Below are positions 9,095-24,300 of a DNA stretch of 64,000 nucleotides, piece by piece. Made by a program: the position numbers and the translations under genes. Under the pieces are notes generated by a model. That model saw only the letters and a list, made by a program, of their open reading frames with translations, searched no databases and had not been told where the DNA came from. Each line of letters starts with the position of its first letter. Position 1 is the stretch's first letter. This DNA is from Promethearchaeota archaeon (GTDB lineage Archaea > Asgardarchaeota > Lokiarchaeia > Sigyniarchaeales > SOKP01), in contig JAUVNS010000018.1 in assembly GCA_030599585.1 (NCBI GenBank), positions 1 through 64,000 of the forward strand. The letters run 5' to 3'.

Positions 9095-9310
9095 ATGTCG
9101 ATTTCCCTTCAAGCCAAGAATCACTGGAAAGGCAACCACAGATTTACTTTTGAATCCCTTAGGCCTACCGCGAAAAGACAGATCGAATCTTTATTTAGAA
9201 GAATGGAAGCTTCAGGGAGGCGTTCGTTTTATCTAGAAGAAATTAAGAAAGTCCTATTGGACGAGCAAGATCGAATTTTAAGAAGACAAAGAGGTGAAGA
9301 GATTGATTAA
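9095..9310 (+). CDS. Small basic hypothetical protein coupled to the giant gene
   Basis: 71 aa; its 3' end contains GAGGTGA and overlaps the giant ORF start. Confidence 0.65.
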   Translation: MSISLQAKNHWKGNHRFTFESLRPTAKRQIESLFRRMEASGRRSFYLEEIKKVLLDEQDRILRRQRGEEID

Positions 9311-12300
9311 CGAACTAATCTCAATGAACAACAAGCGATTGTTTGAAGAAGCCTTAAACGATAAATACGGAGAAAAAATCTCAAGTCAGTACAGCGATTC
9401 GATTTTCGTTAAATATAGAAAAAATAAAAACCAAAATACTTACAAGAATACCTATAGCAACCCTCAAAAATGCCTAAAACTCATCGAAAATCTTTTTTCT
9501 GAGTTTAAGGTAGATTTAAAACTCATTAAGTTGACTTCAGAAGAGATCGAGCGGATTTTAACGATATTTCTTGCGAATGTCAACAACATTAAGTTAACTA
9601 AGAATCAGCTTACGTTTATTAACGAGTTACAAGAAGCCACTACCCGAAAAAATAACAAAAAAAATCTGGAAAGTAAAATTAGAGAGTTAAAATCTTTTAG
9701 AGTTTTTCTTAAAAACTTTAAAATTACTCTTGTTTCCTCATCGAAGGAAGACAACGAGTTTTTACAGATTAATCTTATTCGAAACGCTATTTTAACCAAA
9801 GAACCTTTGGATATCGCTCAAAGAGACTTTCTCAACGCGTTAAAAAAAAGAACTCAAGATTGTAAAAATAAAGAATATCAAGATAACGAGGTTCGGAATT
9901 TAAAGCCTCAAGACAGTAAAATAGGCGCTAGTCAGCCTAATTATGGTATATCCACATCTAACCAAAAATCCGATCTATATCACCAAAAACTACTAAGTGG
10001 TAAGAAAAATATGATAAAAAAGAAAAAGAAATCGAAAGAACAATACCAGGTAGAACTTGAAAATCGCTATCCTAGTAAAAAACACGCAAAAGATATTATT
10101 GCAGAAGGACGCGCAGAATTTTTACGCCAAGTAAAAAGCTGTACTGAGCAGAATTGCGCCCAGTGCAGTTCTCAACGCGATTATTTCGTTCCAATTGAAT
10201 ACTCAACTAAGTCTTTTACGTATCAATCGATCGAAGATGCCGTAGCAGAAGTTATTTGCCCTAACCCCGACTTAATTTCATTAGGGACCGTAATTAAACC
10301 AGAAGAACTTACTGAAGTAACTAAGGACATTCCGAATACTAATTTTATCTCAGAAGAAGTTTTAATTCCTGAAAATACCAGCGAAGTTAACCTCAAAAAA
10401 GAAGTAGACTCTCCTTCCATACCTAAAAAACAGATTATTCACAACGCTATTAAGAAAAAGACTCGTTTTTTCAACCGTTTAACCACTCCATCGGACAAGA
10501 AAGTAAAAAAACGCAGCGACAAACAAGCTAATAGAGCAACTCAAATAAAATTCCGACAGAAACAGTACGATAAGTTAAGTTCCAAGCAAAAATTGTTAAA
10601 CGCGACTAAAACGGAACGGAAAAGTTTCAATAATACCTTAAGAAGTGCCGTTTTAGAGTTTTCAAGAATTCCTTACGAATCCCAACCTGCTAAGACCGAT
10701 TCTCAAGTTAAGGGCGAGATTTCTAAATTAAACAAAGAATTTTCTTTGGATCCGTTAAAAGTTCAACCCCCCTATCACGATCTTAAATCGAAAAGCGAAC
10801 ACGAGGCCAGAATTATAGATAAATACCAAGAAAATATAAAAAACGGGCAACGGGAAGAACCTCGCCTTAACACGCGCGTAGACAAAGATAATTCAGTCCT
10901 CGTTAGACAAATATTCGAATCTTACTTTGCTGGAAGTAGAAGTCTTATATCCCACGAACAACAAGTAGTTAGGAGGTTTATTCAAAACGAAGTCGGTTAC
11001 GATAGCGGTGATAACGTTTTAGATTTGATTTTTGGACAGAGAACTCTTAAAAAAAACGTAAGAAAAAGTTTACGTGAATTCAAATCAATTAATCATTTAA
11101 AACACAACAAAAATCCTAAAAGAGAAAGGAAATCTATTATTTCTTTATCGCAAAAATATCGAAAACAGAAAGAAAAACCTGAAAAAAAGAAGAAGAGGGT
11201 TAAGAAGAATGTTAAGACCATTTTATTACCCAACCTCGTTAAGCTTTTGGGGATTTTTGGAATTGCTATTTTGTCTTTAATGGTAGTATTTTCTAACCAG
11301 ACTTTTGCTTTCCCCGTTGAGGTCATTTCAGGATTCCTCTACTTACAAGTAGTTGTTTTCGTTATTTTGATGTTTCATTCTATCGAAAATTACATCCTTC
11401 CCTTGAGAAAACTGGTCTTTTTATTTTTATCCCCAGTTTTACTTATCTTGTCCGTTTCGCTCTTTTTAGTTTTAGATTTACTCGTTATCGCAACTTTATG
11501 CACGCCAGCGTTTGCAATCGGCACCTATTTCTTGGTAAGGAAACGACTAAAAGCTAACCTGAACCAAATTTCTCTCCAATCGAGAGGAAAACTCAGATAC
11601 GGGACAATAAGCGTGTTATATCACAAAGTAAAGTTCCCAATGTTGATAATATTAGGTCTAGCGCTAGGAGCTGCTTTTTTCTGGGCGTATTTTTTCGAAC
11701 CATACGCTCTCCCAATTGCTCCCACCTTGTTAATAGTAACAATTTTGGCGTTTACGTTTAAAAGTAAATCTGTTACCCGTAGGCTAATTAGAGAATTAAA
11801 GCGAAGGAAACTAAGGGCTAAAGGAATAAAGACGCCAAACAAATTCCATATGGTAGTTTTTGATAAAAAAATGAGATCGGCTACCATCATATTAGCTTTT
11901 CTCGTCATTTTTCCAGTAACGTTCGGGATTCAATCTATGTGGTCTGTGGACAATCCTTTTTACGAGTTTGCGTCTGTGTCTAAAGAACAGAGAATATCGA
12001 CAAGTTCGATCGATTTTGATAGCTTGGATTATCATCCAAGTTTAGATTCGTTAGACGAGCTTACAATTAACGACAAATTCGTGATAAAAACAAGAGTCTC
12101 TCCAAAGTTTGGACAAGCTTCTCGAATTCGAGTCGATTTAATACCCATAGACGTCCCGGCTATTGACGGTTTTTACGCCAAAAAATCGTATACCGTGCTA
12201 TCTCCTTATCTAAACGGACCTTTAGACGATTCTGTATTGATAGCAGAAATTAACCTTAACGAGTTAGACTTACAACCAGGCTCTTACGAAGCCAAAGTGA

Positions 12301-15300
12301 GTTATTCAGTTTTGTCTGGATTTTCGTTCAAAAATTCTGAACCGGAAGTATATCAAATTGAGATAAGTAAAGACGATCTGACGGTAATATCAAACGAGTT
12401 TTTTGAAGAAGAATTAGATTCCAAGTATTACGGTGCTGTATACACTTTTGAACATCCAGACGATGGCTCGTGGACTGTGGTATACGATGGAAAAATAGTT
12501 AATAGCGTTCACGAACCTTACCCGGTTGACAATCTGGAACTATTTATCGAAACAAACGATAGGTTTGAAAAAATTGCTACGGTCAAAACTCGATCAGACG
12601 GTAGTTTTTATTACGCTCACAAGGTATACGGGTCAATCGAGCAAAATATGCTCGTTAAAATATCGTATTTAGGCGATGGATTTTATAACCAAATGGATTA
12701 CGTCGAATATGCCGGCTTAGAATTCGACTCAAGTAGGGGTAGGTATTTTCTGGACAATGACATGGACTACTATCCCGATTGGCCTTTTTCCATATACGAT
12801 TTATTGCAAATTCACACCAGTAGTTATACCCCTCCTAGTTCTTTAGATTTTTGGGCTAAGTTCGACGAAAACCTAGGATACAATACCTACGACGAAATAC
12901 ACAACCTACAAGGAACTTTAGAAGGAAACACAAATTGGACCGTTGGCAAAAACGATTACGGACTTACTTTTGACGGTAATGGAACTGTTGGTAACGAAGA
13001 GATCGAAATTATAGGCTCAAATATTTACGCTGCGTACGCTAATGTTTCGTACGAATACACCTCTCAAGGCGGTGGTCAAGACTTTAAAGTACTTAGAGGG
13101 ACAACGGTTATAAGCACTAGCTCAGCAACCGCAACTATCACCGAAGGAACCGATTACGTTTTAGAATCGGGACAAGATTCAACAACAAGTTTTATTAGAA
13201 TAACTAATACCAGATTAACAGGGATGGGAAGAACGAGCGGAGGAGCGAGCCAAAACAACGACGATTTTGGAGTTCGGATTCAAAATCCTAGCAACATTGG
13301 AACTTCTATTACTTTCGAGCGAACAGGGACTACTAACAACGATAGAGTATCTTGGGAAATATTGCAGTATATAGGAGCGGCTAACGGCAACAACGAAATG
13401 AAAGTAAGAGGCGTTGGCACCGCAACAATATCTGGAACAACGAATTATTGCGACGGAGCTTCGATATCAACTATATCAGATCCGAACAGAGTAGTTGTAT
13501 ATATTACGGGTCAAAAAGCGGCGGATACGGGAAGAGGTAATTGGTGGGAATCTTTATTTACTGCTGAACTCACCGGCTCTGGTCCATATACCCCGAGATT
13601 TACTAGAGGTAAATCGGATTCAAGCACAGACGGTATTTCTTACGCAGTAGTTGAGTTTACGGGCTCTAATTGGCGCGATGTCCAAAGGTTAGATATATCA
13701 ACTGAATGCTCGACTGCTTGGACTACATCGAATTATAACACCGCATACTCTGACGTGACGCTAACGAGCGAAGGCGGAGTTAATTTGCTTAACTTTTCGA
13801 GAGCGTTTATGCTCCAACAATTTCGAACAGATAACGATGCTACGGGACTCGATGACGCAGGAGACAACGTTGAAATTATCAGCAACACCCAGTTAAGGAT
13901 AAGAAATTCTGCGACTAGTGGCACGAGAAATAAAGTTTGTTGGATAATAGAAAATACTCAGTCCACAGGAACAGTTATGAAAGTGGATCATTATTCATTT
14001 TACAAGACGGCTGGAGGTTCAGAAGAAAATATATGGACTGAAACTGTTACTGCTGTTAGCACCACAGACATTGCGAGCGTGTACGCTCAATCGTCGATGG
14101 ACGGTACGGGGACAGCATTACCGCGAGGTAGTATTGATTACAGGCTCACTGCCACCGACACTGTCACTTTTACAGAAAGCGACAACGGGCAAGAAAAACT
14201 TTATTCGCTTTCGGTAGTTCAATTTCCTTCAGAAGGCGGTGAAACCCAAGTTCAAGATAGTGGAATAATTAGACCTGACGGGGATAACGCAACAACCGAG
14301 TGGGAAATCACGACTGGAACCGATCATTACGATTTAATAAACGACATAGTAACTGAACCGAGCACGCCTTCAACATCGGGCGATTTCATTTACACGATCA
14401 GCACCGGAAGCGGAAACGTAACTGACGAGTTTAACATGGATTATCTCGACGTGCAGAGCGGAACCGTGGATCAAATTGAAATTAAAGTTTACGGAAACGG
14501 ATCTTCGATAGAATCTACGATTAACGTGTTTTGTGGAACTTGGCTCGGAGTAAAACAATTAAACATGGGATCAACACCTGGATGGAACACCTACGCTTAT
14601 TCTGGACTTTCTGCGTCTCAGACCGATGTAGATAACATAATAATAAAGTTCGAATCCGAAAGACCGATTCCTGCTCAAGGTGATCCAATATATTCTAATT
14701 TTGACTTTGTGCAATTTGGAGACGTTCTAGATACTACTTTAGGTAATTCCAACGATATTTTTGTCGTTACGGGGTGGTTATATCCCACAAGTTTTGCTTC
14801 AAATCAAAGCGGGAATGGAATAGAAAACATATTTTTTGCAAAAAATGGAAACATTGAAATTGGAGTTAACGAAAGCGGTTTTCTCCGGCTTTATTTAAAC
14901 TCGACTAACATAGAAGCGGTGGGAACTTACGGATTTACTAACGCAATTCCTTTAGATCAATGGACTTACGTAGCAATTCGCTACAATCAGAGCGATGTTG
15001 ACGTATTAATAGGAGAAATGTGGTGCAGAGACGCTCTGGGAGGAACAAGCGAACCATGGAACGGAGGAGGCAACTTACAAGCGGGAGGTAATTTAACCAT
15101 CGGAGCCGAAACTACTAGTTACTCATGTTTTGCGGGGAAGATAGACGAAATATCTTTGTTCAACGCAAGCCTTACGGACGCTCAAATCGAAGCTCACACG
15201 GGATCGCTAACCGTTTCAATATCTCTGGGAGTTTCAGAGGAAAACGGAGAAGGGGGGTGGACACTAATTACTTCCGTAGGAGAAATAGTTGACGGCTACC

Positions 15301-18300
15301 TTAACTTTGAGGTAAACGCTACAGGCAACGAGGTAGATTCGATAGAATTTTATCTATCGAGAACGCAGCCCGATTTCCAGACCCAATCCGAAAACAATTG
15401 GGACTTTCTCGCCAGTTATAGCCACGATTCGCCTTACTATTCTTATTTATTGGACTCAAGAGACCTTCCCGATAACAATAGTTGGTATTTTATTAGTAAA
15501 GCGACCGATATCGATAATAATACGGTCTACGAGTATTACAGCACCTATTTTGCTATTGAACATTTTCACGATTTGGTTAATTATACCTATCTAGATAAAA
15601 ACGGAAGGATAAACCACAATTCTTACCTCGGAGTCGTTCCCATAGACGGGCTAGAATGGCATTTATCGTCATTAAATGTATACATTAACTATTCTAACGA
15701 TATAGACTTCTTAAAAAATGCTACTTACAACGACTTGTATTCTAATTACTGGTTGATCGAATTATCGGAACTGTCAGACTGGGTTTCAAATAAAGGACTA
15801 TCTCCGGACAATTACGATGTAAATTTCGTTATTCAAGCTAACTTGTCTTACAGTTTCGGAGAATCGTTTTACTTGTATAATTATTCCATCGAACCAATTA
15901 TTTTAGATATTAAAGGTCCCGATCTTGAACTAATCACGGGACAGGAATATTCTTTGGTATTAGGATCAACTTACGATCTGGTGGAAAATAATCTAATTAC
16001 AATGGCTATTAACTCGACTGATACCGATTTTGATAAAGTAACCCTTGAATATAAATACGATACTCCTACCACTACAGAATGGATAAAATACGGTGATTTC
16101 GATCCCGTTGAATCTTTGGCAGAAATTATATTCGATCTCATAAACCTACGAGACGATAACATCACAATCAGGTTTATTGGGTTTGACGATTTGTTTAACA
16201 GTATTACATTATATGAAGGGAATTATTGGATAGTAAAAGATTATAACAACCACGAAAATTTCGTCGTTGAAGGCTTAGAAAGCGGCTCTCTTTACGGTTT
16301 AGATCAAGACGGTATGGTTGATTTAAGCGTGAAAGTTATACCTGTGGATAACGACATCACCAAAGTTAAGTTGAGCACGGGATACGAATCGTTTGAACTA
16401 AGCAACGTAGAATCTGAAGGTAGTAACATCTATTTCACTGACGATGGAGTAATTGACGTAGACATAAAGCTTAATTCCTCCCTATATCCGATTTTTGGAA
16501 GCGATTTCACCTTTATCGAAGTCTCGATCGTTTTATTTCAGGGAGAAGATCGCATAACCGATAAGACTATTACTATTACGGTTATTAACCAAATATTTAA
16601 CGACATAGTAGAAATTTCAGATTTAGCGATAAATATCACGAGCTCTATTGATAATCTAAAGATGAGCTTCGTCAACAGTAATAACGCGTATAATAATTCT
16701 CATTCTATTCCGTTCGTAGTAAATAACGAACCTCCTGTAGTTAAGGTGTACGATTCAAACGGCAACCTTTATGCTACAATTAACCTTTTACCGCATAACG
16801 ACACTTACGACTCAGAACTGTACGATAGCGGTCAAATATATATAACAGACAATCGCTTCTCGGTATCTATGCCAATTCCTCCTTCGGGAGAGGTGAGTTC
16901 GATCGATAAAGTAAATGTAAACGGAACCTATTACGAATTTTCGTATTTCGTTAGCGGGAGCAAGTTACTAATAATACTCCTCACCAACAAAGATTTGAGC
17001 GGTACTTACGGCGCTTCAGCTCCCATTTCAGTTGAGTATGGCGTTTCTACCGCCCTCAAGGAAAGCGATCAGTTTATAACTAGTTACGATCTAACCCAAT
17101 TACCTCAAGATAATTACACTTTTATGGGAGAATTTTTCGATATTTCAGGAACAATTTCTCAATTTATAATTAATTCTTCGATTGCCATAGATTTCCACGG
17201 ACCACAAATATATAGCCAATTCCAAAGTAATTGTTCAATTGACCCCGAATCGAGCTCGATAGCGTTTGTAGTACGCGATCTATCGGGAGTGTCCGATTAT
17301 TACCTTAACGCCTCCATCGAGGGATATTGGTCTATTGTAGGAGAACTCTATACTTTTATGTTTAACGATAGTAGCCTATCGGAAGGCACTACGCACGTAA
17401 AATTTACTTGCAACGATACCCAAGGGTTAGAAACGATTTTCACCTTTTTAATTACCGTAGATAAGTCCAACCCTACTTTTTCCAACGTAAACACCTTATC
17501 TTCTTATTGGACCGATTTATACGAGATAAACGCCACTATAACCGACTTTTCTGGATTCTCGCTGGGTGTTGAAGCATTACACGTAAGTTCGGACGTTATT
17601 GCGTATAATTTGGATTACACAATAGTAAGAAAGAGTAATGTATGGTCGATTTTAGTGTCTTCAGAAAGTTTAGAGAACGGATATTACAATTTAAGCCTTA
17701 TTGCGACCGATAACGCGGGAAATATTGGAGTATACGTGGTAGGCGACGTCTACTTAGATACTCAATTTACCGAAATAGAGTCCATCGAAGAACAAATTTT
17801 TGCCGAAAGCGAAAACATGTATAACAACACTTTAACCGATTACATTTACTTTAGCGAAGAAAAATACCTCGAAATAACTGTTTTTGACGAGTTATTCGAC
17901 GGGTTTGATTGGAGCTCCATCGATCCTACCATCGCCGATCAGTTAGGGGTTAAAAATATTTCTTTCTACTACACAAACCCTCTTAGTTGGTACGATATTT
18001 CTATTTTAGGGAGTTTAGATTACGAAACCCTTCACTACAAAATAACTGGATACGGGAACCCAATAAATACCACAATAACAAACGTAAAAAATATTCAAAG
18101 CTTAAAAATCGGAGATTACGTGATCGATAAATTTACGGTACTATTGGACGGAACTTCAATCACCCTAAAAATCGACGAACAATACAGGTATCTGTTATCT
18201 CCATACTTAACTGACAATATTACCGCTCAATTTTACGAATTAGCAAACAATAAAGTTACCTTATCTTTCGATAATACCTCAAAAAAGTGGGAACTTCTCT

Positions 18301-21300
18301 CTTCGGGACAAAATTATTTTAACGTATCAGAATACCTCGATTTATCCCAAGAACAACAATTTCTAGCCTGGTTTGAAGCAGAAGATGGGTTAGGAAACCT
18401 ATTACAGACTCACAAATATAAGTGTGTGTACGATAATTCCTTAGAAAATTCTCCACCTGCTCAATCGCTGTTCAATTGGAACTTAGGAACTAACTCGACT
18501 GGTGCAGGAATAATTATTTTTGGATCTGACGAATATTCAGATAGCACAATTGTAGTAAATGTCTCTTCTATCTTACCCTTGTTATCGGGACTTACTGACG
18601 TCCAACGAATTGTAATTTACGGTTCAGAGACCGGTAGTTCGTGGGGATTTGTAGGAAGAGCTTACTTTAGCGGAGAAGAAAACTTATGGAACTTTTATTG
18701 GGACGGAGACGCAATAGATCCCATGCTTCCTGAGAGCTATAACCTTAAAATCTACGCGTTCGATCGAGCCGGAAATTATATTACCCAGACGGAAGAGGTT
18801 AACCTTTACGACTACACTCAAGTTGTTTTGCTTACCGATGTAGTGTTTGGCCACGTGTTTGAATACAACGCTTCGCTAATATCTAACCCCCAGACAATAG
18901 AGGGGACGATCGATAACTACTTCCAAGGTTCTTCCGAAGCCTTATGGGACGTCATCGCAGAATGGTACGATCCCAACAAAAGAGAGTGGGTTCCACTGGC
19001 TTTTAACGCCTCGACCATCGTATCCGCAGGAGATACGGCGGATTACACCATTACTTGGGACATCAGTAAAGATAAATCTTTCGTGCAGTCGATCTACAAA
19101 AATAATTACGAATATTTACCGCTAAGAATTAACGAAGCTACGAGTTCAGATTTATGGGGCTCTTGGGGAACTTTTGGAGCTTACAACGACTGGCAACCGA
19201 TAGTCATCAGCGAATCGAGCGGGTATTTAGACGTTTCGGTGTTTGAATTTAACGAAGTTACTGGATGGGAGTTAGATACGTCGGTAAGTAGCGAAGACGC
19301 AATACTATCAGCAACGGATCAAGTGTTTACCCTGTTTGACGTTGACAGAGATAACAACTACGAAATTATAAGAATTACTCCTAATCAAATTGATGTAATC
19401 TACCTCGATTCTGGGTCAAATTGGGTGGTAAAAGAAAACATTACCAATTTAGCAGGATACAATTATTTATCTTTCGATCTCGAATACGATTCTAGCTCTT
19501 TAGATACACATTTTGCAGTAGTTCAAAAGAACGCTCAAGAAGAGTTCTCCCTTTGGAAATACGTATTTGATTCCGAATTTAACCTTACTTACTTGTGCGA
19601 TACTGAAAGCCCGCTTAACTTTGAACCAACTGCGATTAAAATAGTAAATCACTTCTCGGCGAGCGATAGAAAAGCGATACTAGTTGGAGGATTAATGGAC
19701 AATTCTTATTACTCCCAATTACTCGAGTACGATTCAGAATTGGACTTTGAAAGCGTGCTAGCAGAATCCATCTTAGGAAAAATTTCTATTATCGAATACG
19801 AAAGCATCAACGGAAAAGACACCACAATCTTAGGCGTAGAACGGCTCACGATCGGTAAGATGGACGCCGTGGTTGCGCTTAAAAGAACTTCTGGAACCGA
19901 AGATTGGGCGGAGTTTGAACTTTCCGGCTTTGACGATACTAAGTTTGAAATATTGGACTTACTTACTATCCAAGAAAATAACGCAAAAAAGTTATTAATT
20001 GCCTCAAAAACGGGGTTATATCAAACCAAAATAGAATATTTAGAAAATACCGAATCGATCACAAGTCCGTTAATTTATACTCACGAAGTTTTCGCAAAAC
20101 AAGATTTATCTCCTGATTATTACCCTATCATTTCGTTAAAAAACTATCCAATCCGATCAATATCAAAAGTGTCGTATAAAAACACCGGAGATTCGCAATG
20201 GTACGAACTTGACTCTAATAAAATAAGATACTCTCGAACCGAAATCCAAATAGATTTAGCAGCTATCTGGAGCGGTGTATCGCTCGTAAAAATTGCCTAC
20301 TCTTTCGAATCGTATAGGCGAGAAGAAAGAACCTCGGTCGATCCCTCTTTTAAGTCGTATAAAGGTTCTTCTAACGTTCAGACCACTTCTGCTTCCGGCA
20401 TGTTCTTTAGCGATTCAGCCCTTCCGTTCCTATGGTTGAACCCCACGACAAAATATTCCGATCCCTACCCAAATTGGAACTTGTTACCTAATGGAATGAC
20501 CTATCAGAACACCCCTGTTATTTCTGGATTGGGAAATACCGTGGTATATCCTTCCATTCGAAGTGGATGGACTAAATATAGTTGGGGTTCTGAATACACG
20601 ACGATACCCGGACTTGAGAATTCTCTTATATTTTACGGCGACTCCTACGATTCTGGAGTTCTATCCGAAGAATTAAACGGGCAAGATAGTTATTTAGGAG
20701 ACTCTCAGTTCGGAGGAAATTTTGAAAATAACTACATTGACGGCGTGTGGGTTTCAAACCCTTACGTTTCAGACAACTACAACTTTTCTCAAATGTATTA
20801 CTCCGACATTCACGATTCGACTCAAACTGGGCTTTATAACTACTACGATAGCTCTCAGAAAGTGCTTGTGAAAAACGAATTAACCGATCTAGAGCTGTTT
20901 AATACCTCGATCTCTCTTATTTTTGATTCTGGAAGTCTACCCGTTTCGATCACTCCACAATATCTAAGTAGCGTCACCTATCCAACGGGAGACCCTGGAA
21001 CCGAACCTCTCTCAAATTCTCAGACCGACGATACAAACTACTACGAGATGAAGTCTGAAGAATTATACTTCAACGGCCCTCATGGTCTTGTAGCAAATCT
21101 CAACACAAATCCTGCTTATGGTGGCGACGACTTCTATTTAAGCTGTCACATTGAAACCTTAGAGGGAGAAGAAGGCACATTAAAAATAAACGGGCAAAAT
21201 TATTTGATAAGCGACGATATCGATTTTGATAACGCCTTTATAGAAAACGTTAATTCAATTAGTTTCACTTCTGGAGACGAGTCTTCAACTGCTTTTACGG

Positions 21301-24300
21301 CTAGAATTTACTACCTTAAGTTAGAACGGGTAGCTCAAGACAATCCCGCAATTCAAGGAGCCTCAACCGAAGAGCTTGAAATTGTTTTTGGAAACTGGAG
21401 CCAGTATATTTCTACTTTCAAAGAAGATTTTGGCGCGTTCGGGTTAGAATACTCGTATAAGTTACCGGTTGTGAGCGAGGACGATTTACAATCCATACAA
21501 ATATCGTTTGACGCCTCAATTTCTGCCACTTCGTTTGGCAAAGAATACCCCTTGTCGATCCAATTGTGGAACTACGATCAAAACAGATGGGAATCAATTC
21601 CAATAGCTCCATTAGACATTTCACACGAGTACGATCCCGACGATTTGGATGCAGATTTCTGGGCTTGGGATCCCGACGCTTCATCCTACGACACCGATAA
21701 ATTCAGACCTAAATGGGGTACTTTAGACTTAAACACCATTAACACGGTTGGTTTCGGCGATTGTTTCCCAAATACAGTAGATAGTAACGGAAACATCGTA
21801 TTTAACAATTCAATTGTAAATGGAGGAAGCTTTTTGAAAAACGACGATACAGGTCGACAAATTAACAATTTATTTACTGACGACAACTACAAAGTACTCT
21901 TTTACGATTCAGACTACAACGCAAACAAGTTCCAGATGGAAAATTTAGTTATTGATCCTGATAATTTCTATACTACTACTACTAATTTTCCTGCATATCA
22001 GGACAGCACTTCCTTTTCTTCGGCTAATTTTTACGACGATTTCCTTAACGATTTACACGAGTTTAAAGCGAGAATCTTAACGGAAAAAGAATCAGCACAC
22101 CAAAGCGCCGGCTCAACTCCGTATCTATGCGTATCGAGTTTTAATACCTACGCGTATACCACTACAGACTATTTAAATTACGACGATTTCGAATCGAACG
22201 CAATTGGCGGAACGCACGTCAGCGATAAGATCGATTTCACCCAGAACGGACTGGAACTTTACGGATATAGCGGATTTAACGCGAAAGAACCACCTAAAAC
22301 GGTAAAATTTAGAGATAATTTTCAGACTACTCCTTGGGAATTGTTTGGGACTGCTACTACCAAAATAACTGTTTCGGAAAGCCCAGTAGGCGACACGATT
22401 GTTCGCTCGCTCTATCCTACTACTAATTTTGACGGAGAAGATTTAGGAATTTTTAACGTATTAGAAGTTGTTAGTAAACACGCCAGTTCGAGTCAAGTTA
22501 TCGAGGGTTCTCATCAAAGTGGAACTACTTCAGCCACTTGGGTGGACGATAGCTCCTATCACGTATTTTCCTCAACCGCTCCTTCCTCAGCTACGGCAGA
22601 AGTAAAATATTGGGATCTTTTAACCCTCGGAAAAACGTTTGATCTTTATTACGATGTATCCACAACGCAATCTGTTGATACGATTCAAATTAAGGTAGGG
22701 GATACCATCGTTGCTTCTGGAAGCGGCACATCGCTTACAGGTTCGGTGTCCTTAGAAAATCCCGATTCAACGGAAGTCTTTGTTATCTCTTCCGGTAGTG
22801 TATTTCATGATTTAAAAATTGACTATCTCGAATCGTTTAGCGAATCAGAACAAATTGAGACGCTCCTTCAAATTGGTTCGTTTGATTACCTCGCATTTGG
22901 CGAAGACGACCGCGCCAGTTTCAGCGTGTTAGCAACTAATCCCGAGTTTAACCCTACAAGTGTTCAAGTACACGCAACAGAAAGTTTTTCTGAAAACTTA
23001 GTAAAATGGAGCGATAAACCAAGCTCTCTTTTATTTATTTCGCAAGAGAACAAGTTCGTCAGTGGTCCTACCCAAGTTAGTTTTGACTTAGGAAGATTGG
23101 AAACTTTAAACACCTATTTTAGTCTAATGACTTCTTACGGGGGGTTAGATTTTGCCAACCCTGCGATTGTGTACGAGACCGCTAAAAAATACCAAGAAGG
23201 CGGCTTACTTTACATGCAAACCGACGAGACCGAAAGCCTCAGCTTGAAGAGTCAAGCGTACGCAAATAATGTTACGATGACCACCAACGACCAAATAGTA
23301 ATAGAGTTTAAAGCAAGCACTGGAAACGAGATTAATTTAACGCTTTACAGCGGTGGACAAGCTCAACACTCGTTTAACGTAGTTCCTCAAGGGAACACCG
23401 ACTATACCTCTCAAATTTTAATATTAGACCTTTCAGAAAGTTTACAATTCGACCAATTAGAGATTTCTGGCACGTTAGCCGACGGTCAATATTTCGTTGC
23501 AAATTCAATTACCGTAATGGAAGGAGCAAGTATTATCGACACAAAAGTATCTGACTACGATTTTACCGAAGGAACAAACAAACCAGACGTAATTCAAGGT
23601 AACGAATCATCTACTCCTATCTATGCCCACGCTCAAGACGGTCAATTTTACAACGCCAGCTCGAGCGAAATTTCTGAATTTGACCACAGATATATGACGA
23701 AATTTGAGTTTGACCTTGACGAATCTGACTTGAACGAGATAACAGGAGTGGAAATTCACTTAACAGGACACTCTACTGGCGCCTCGTTAGAAGGAGCAAC
23801 GTTTAAGCTGAAAAATTGGAATACAAGCCAGTACGAAATCGTCAATTACGCTATAAAAGATAATACCATGGTGTTTTCAATTTCGGAAAGTCAACTATAT
23901 AAATACGCTGGAAATCCTTTCTTGTTTAGATTAAACATTAACGCGTCTAGCTATTTTGAAGTTCACATAGACGAGCTAAAATTAATCACGCTTAAAGGAT
24001 GGAGTGCCGAACACGATCTCTATCGAGCCGCATTTACTTTTGAGCGCGTAGGTACGGGAGCTGGAAACATTACAGTAGCAGTAAACGACGATATCTACCT
24101 AAATATCGAAGGAGACAACCCCGATCTATATGCTCCGGGCAACGACAACGTATTATCTATTTATTACGATTGCGCACAACAAAAATGGAGCGGATTTATT
24201 AACAATCAATTGACCGATTTGCTTAACGTTACCGATACCGAACCTACTATGCAACCGAGAATTGAATCTCGTTTTGCTTCTACAAACGACGGTATAATCG

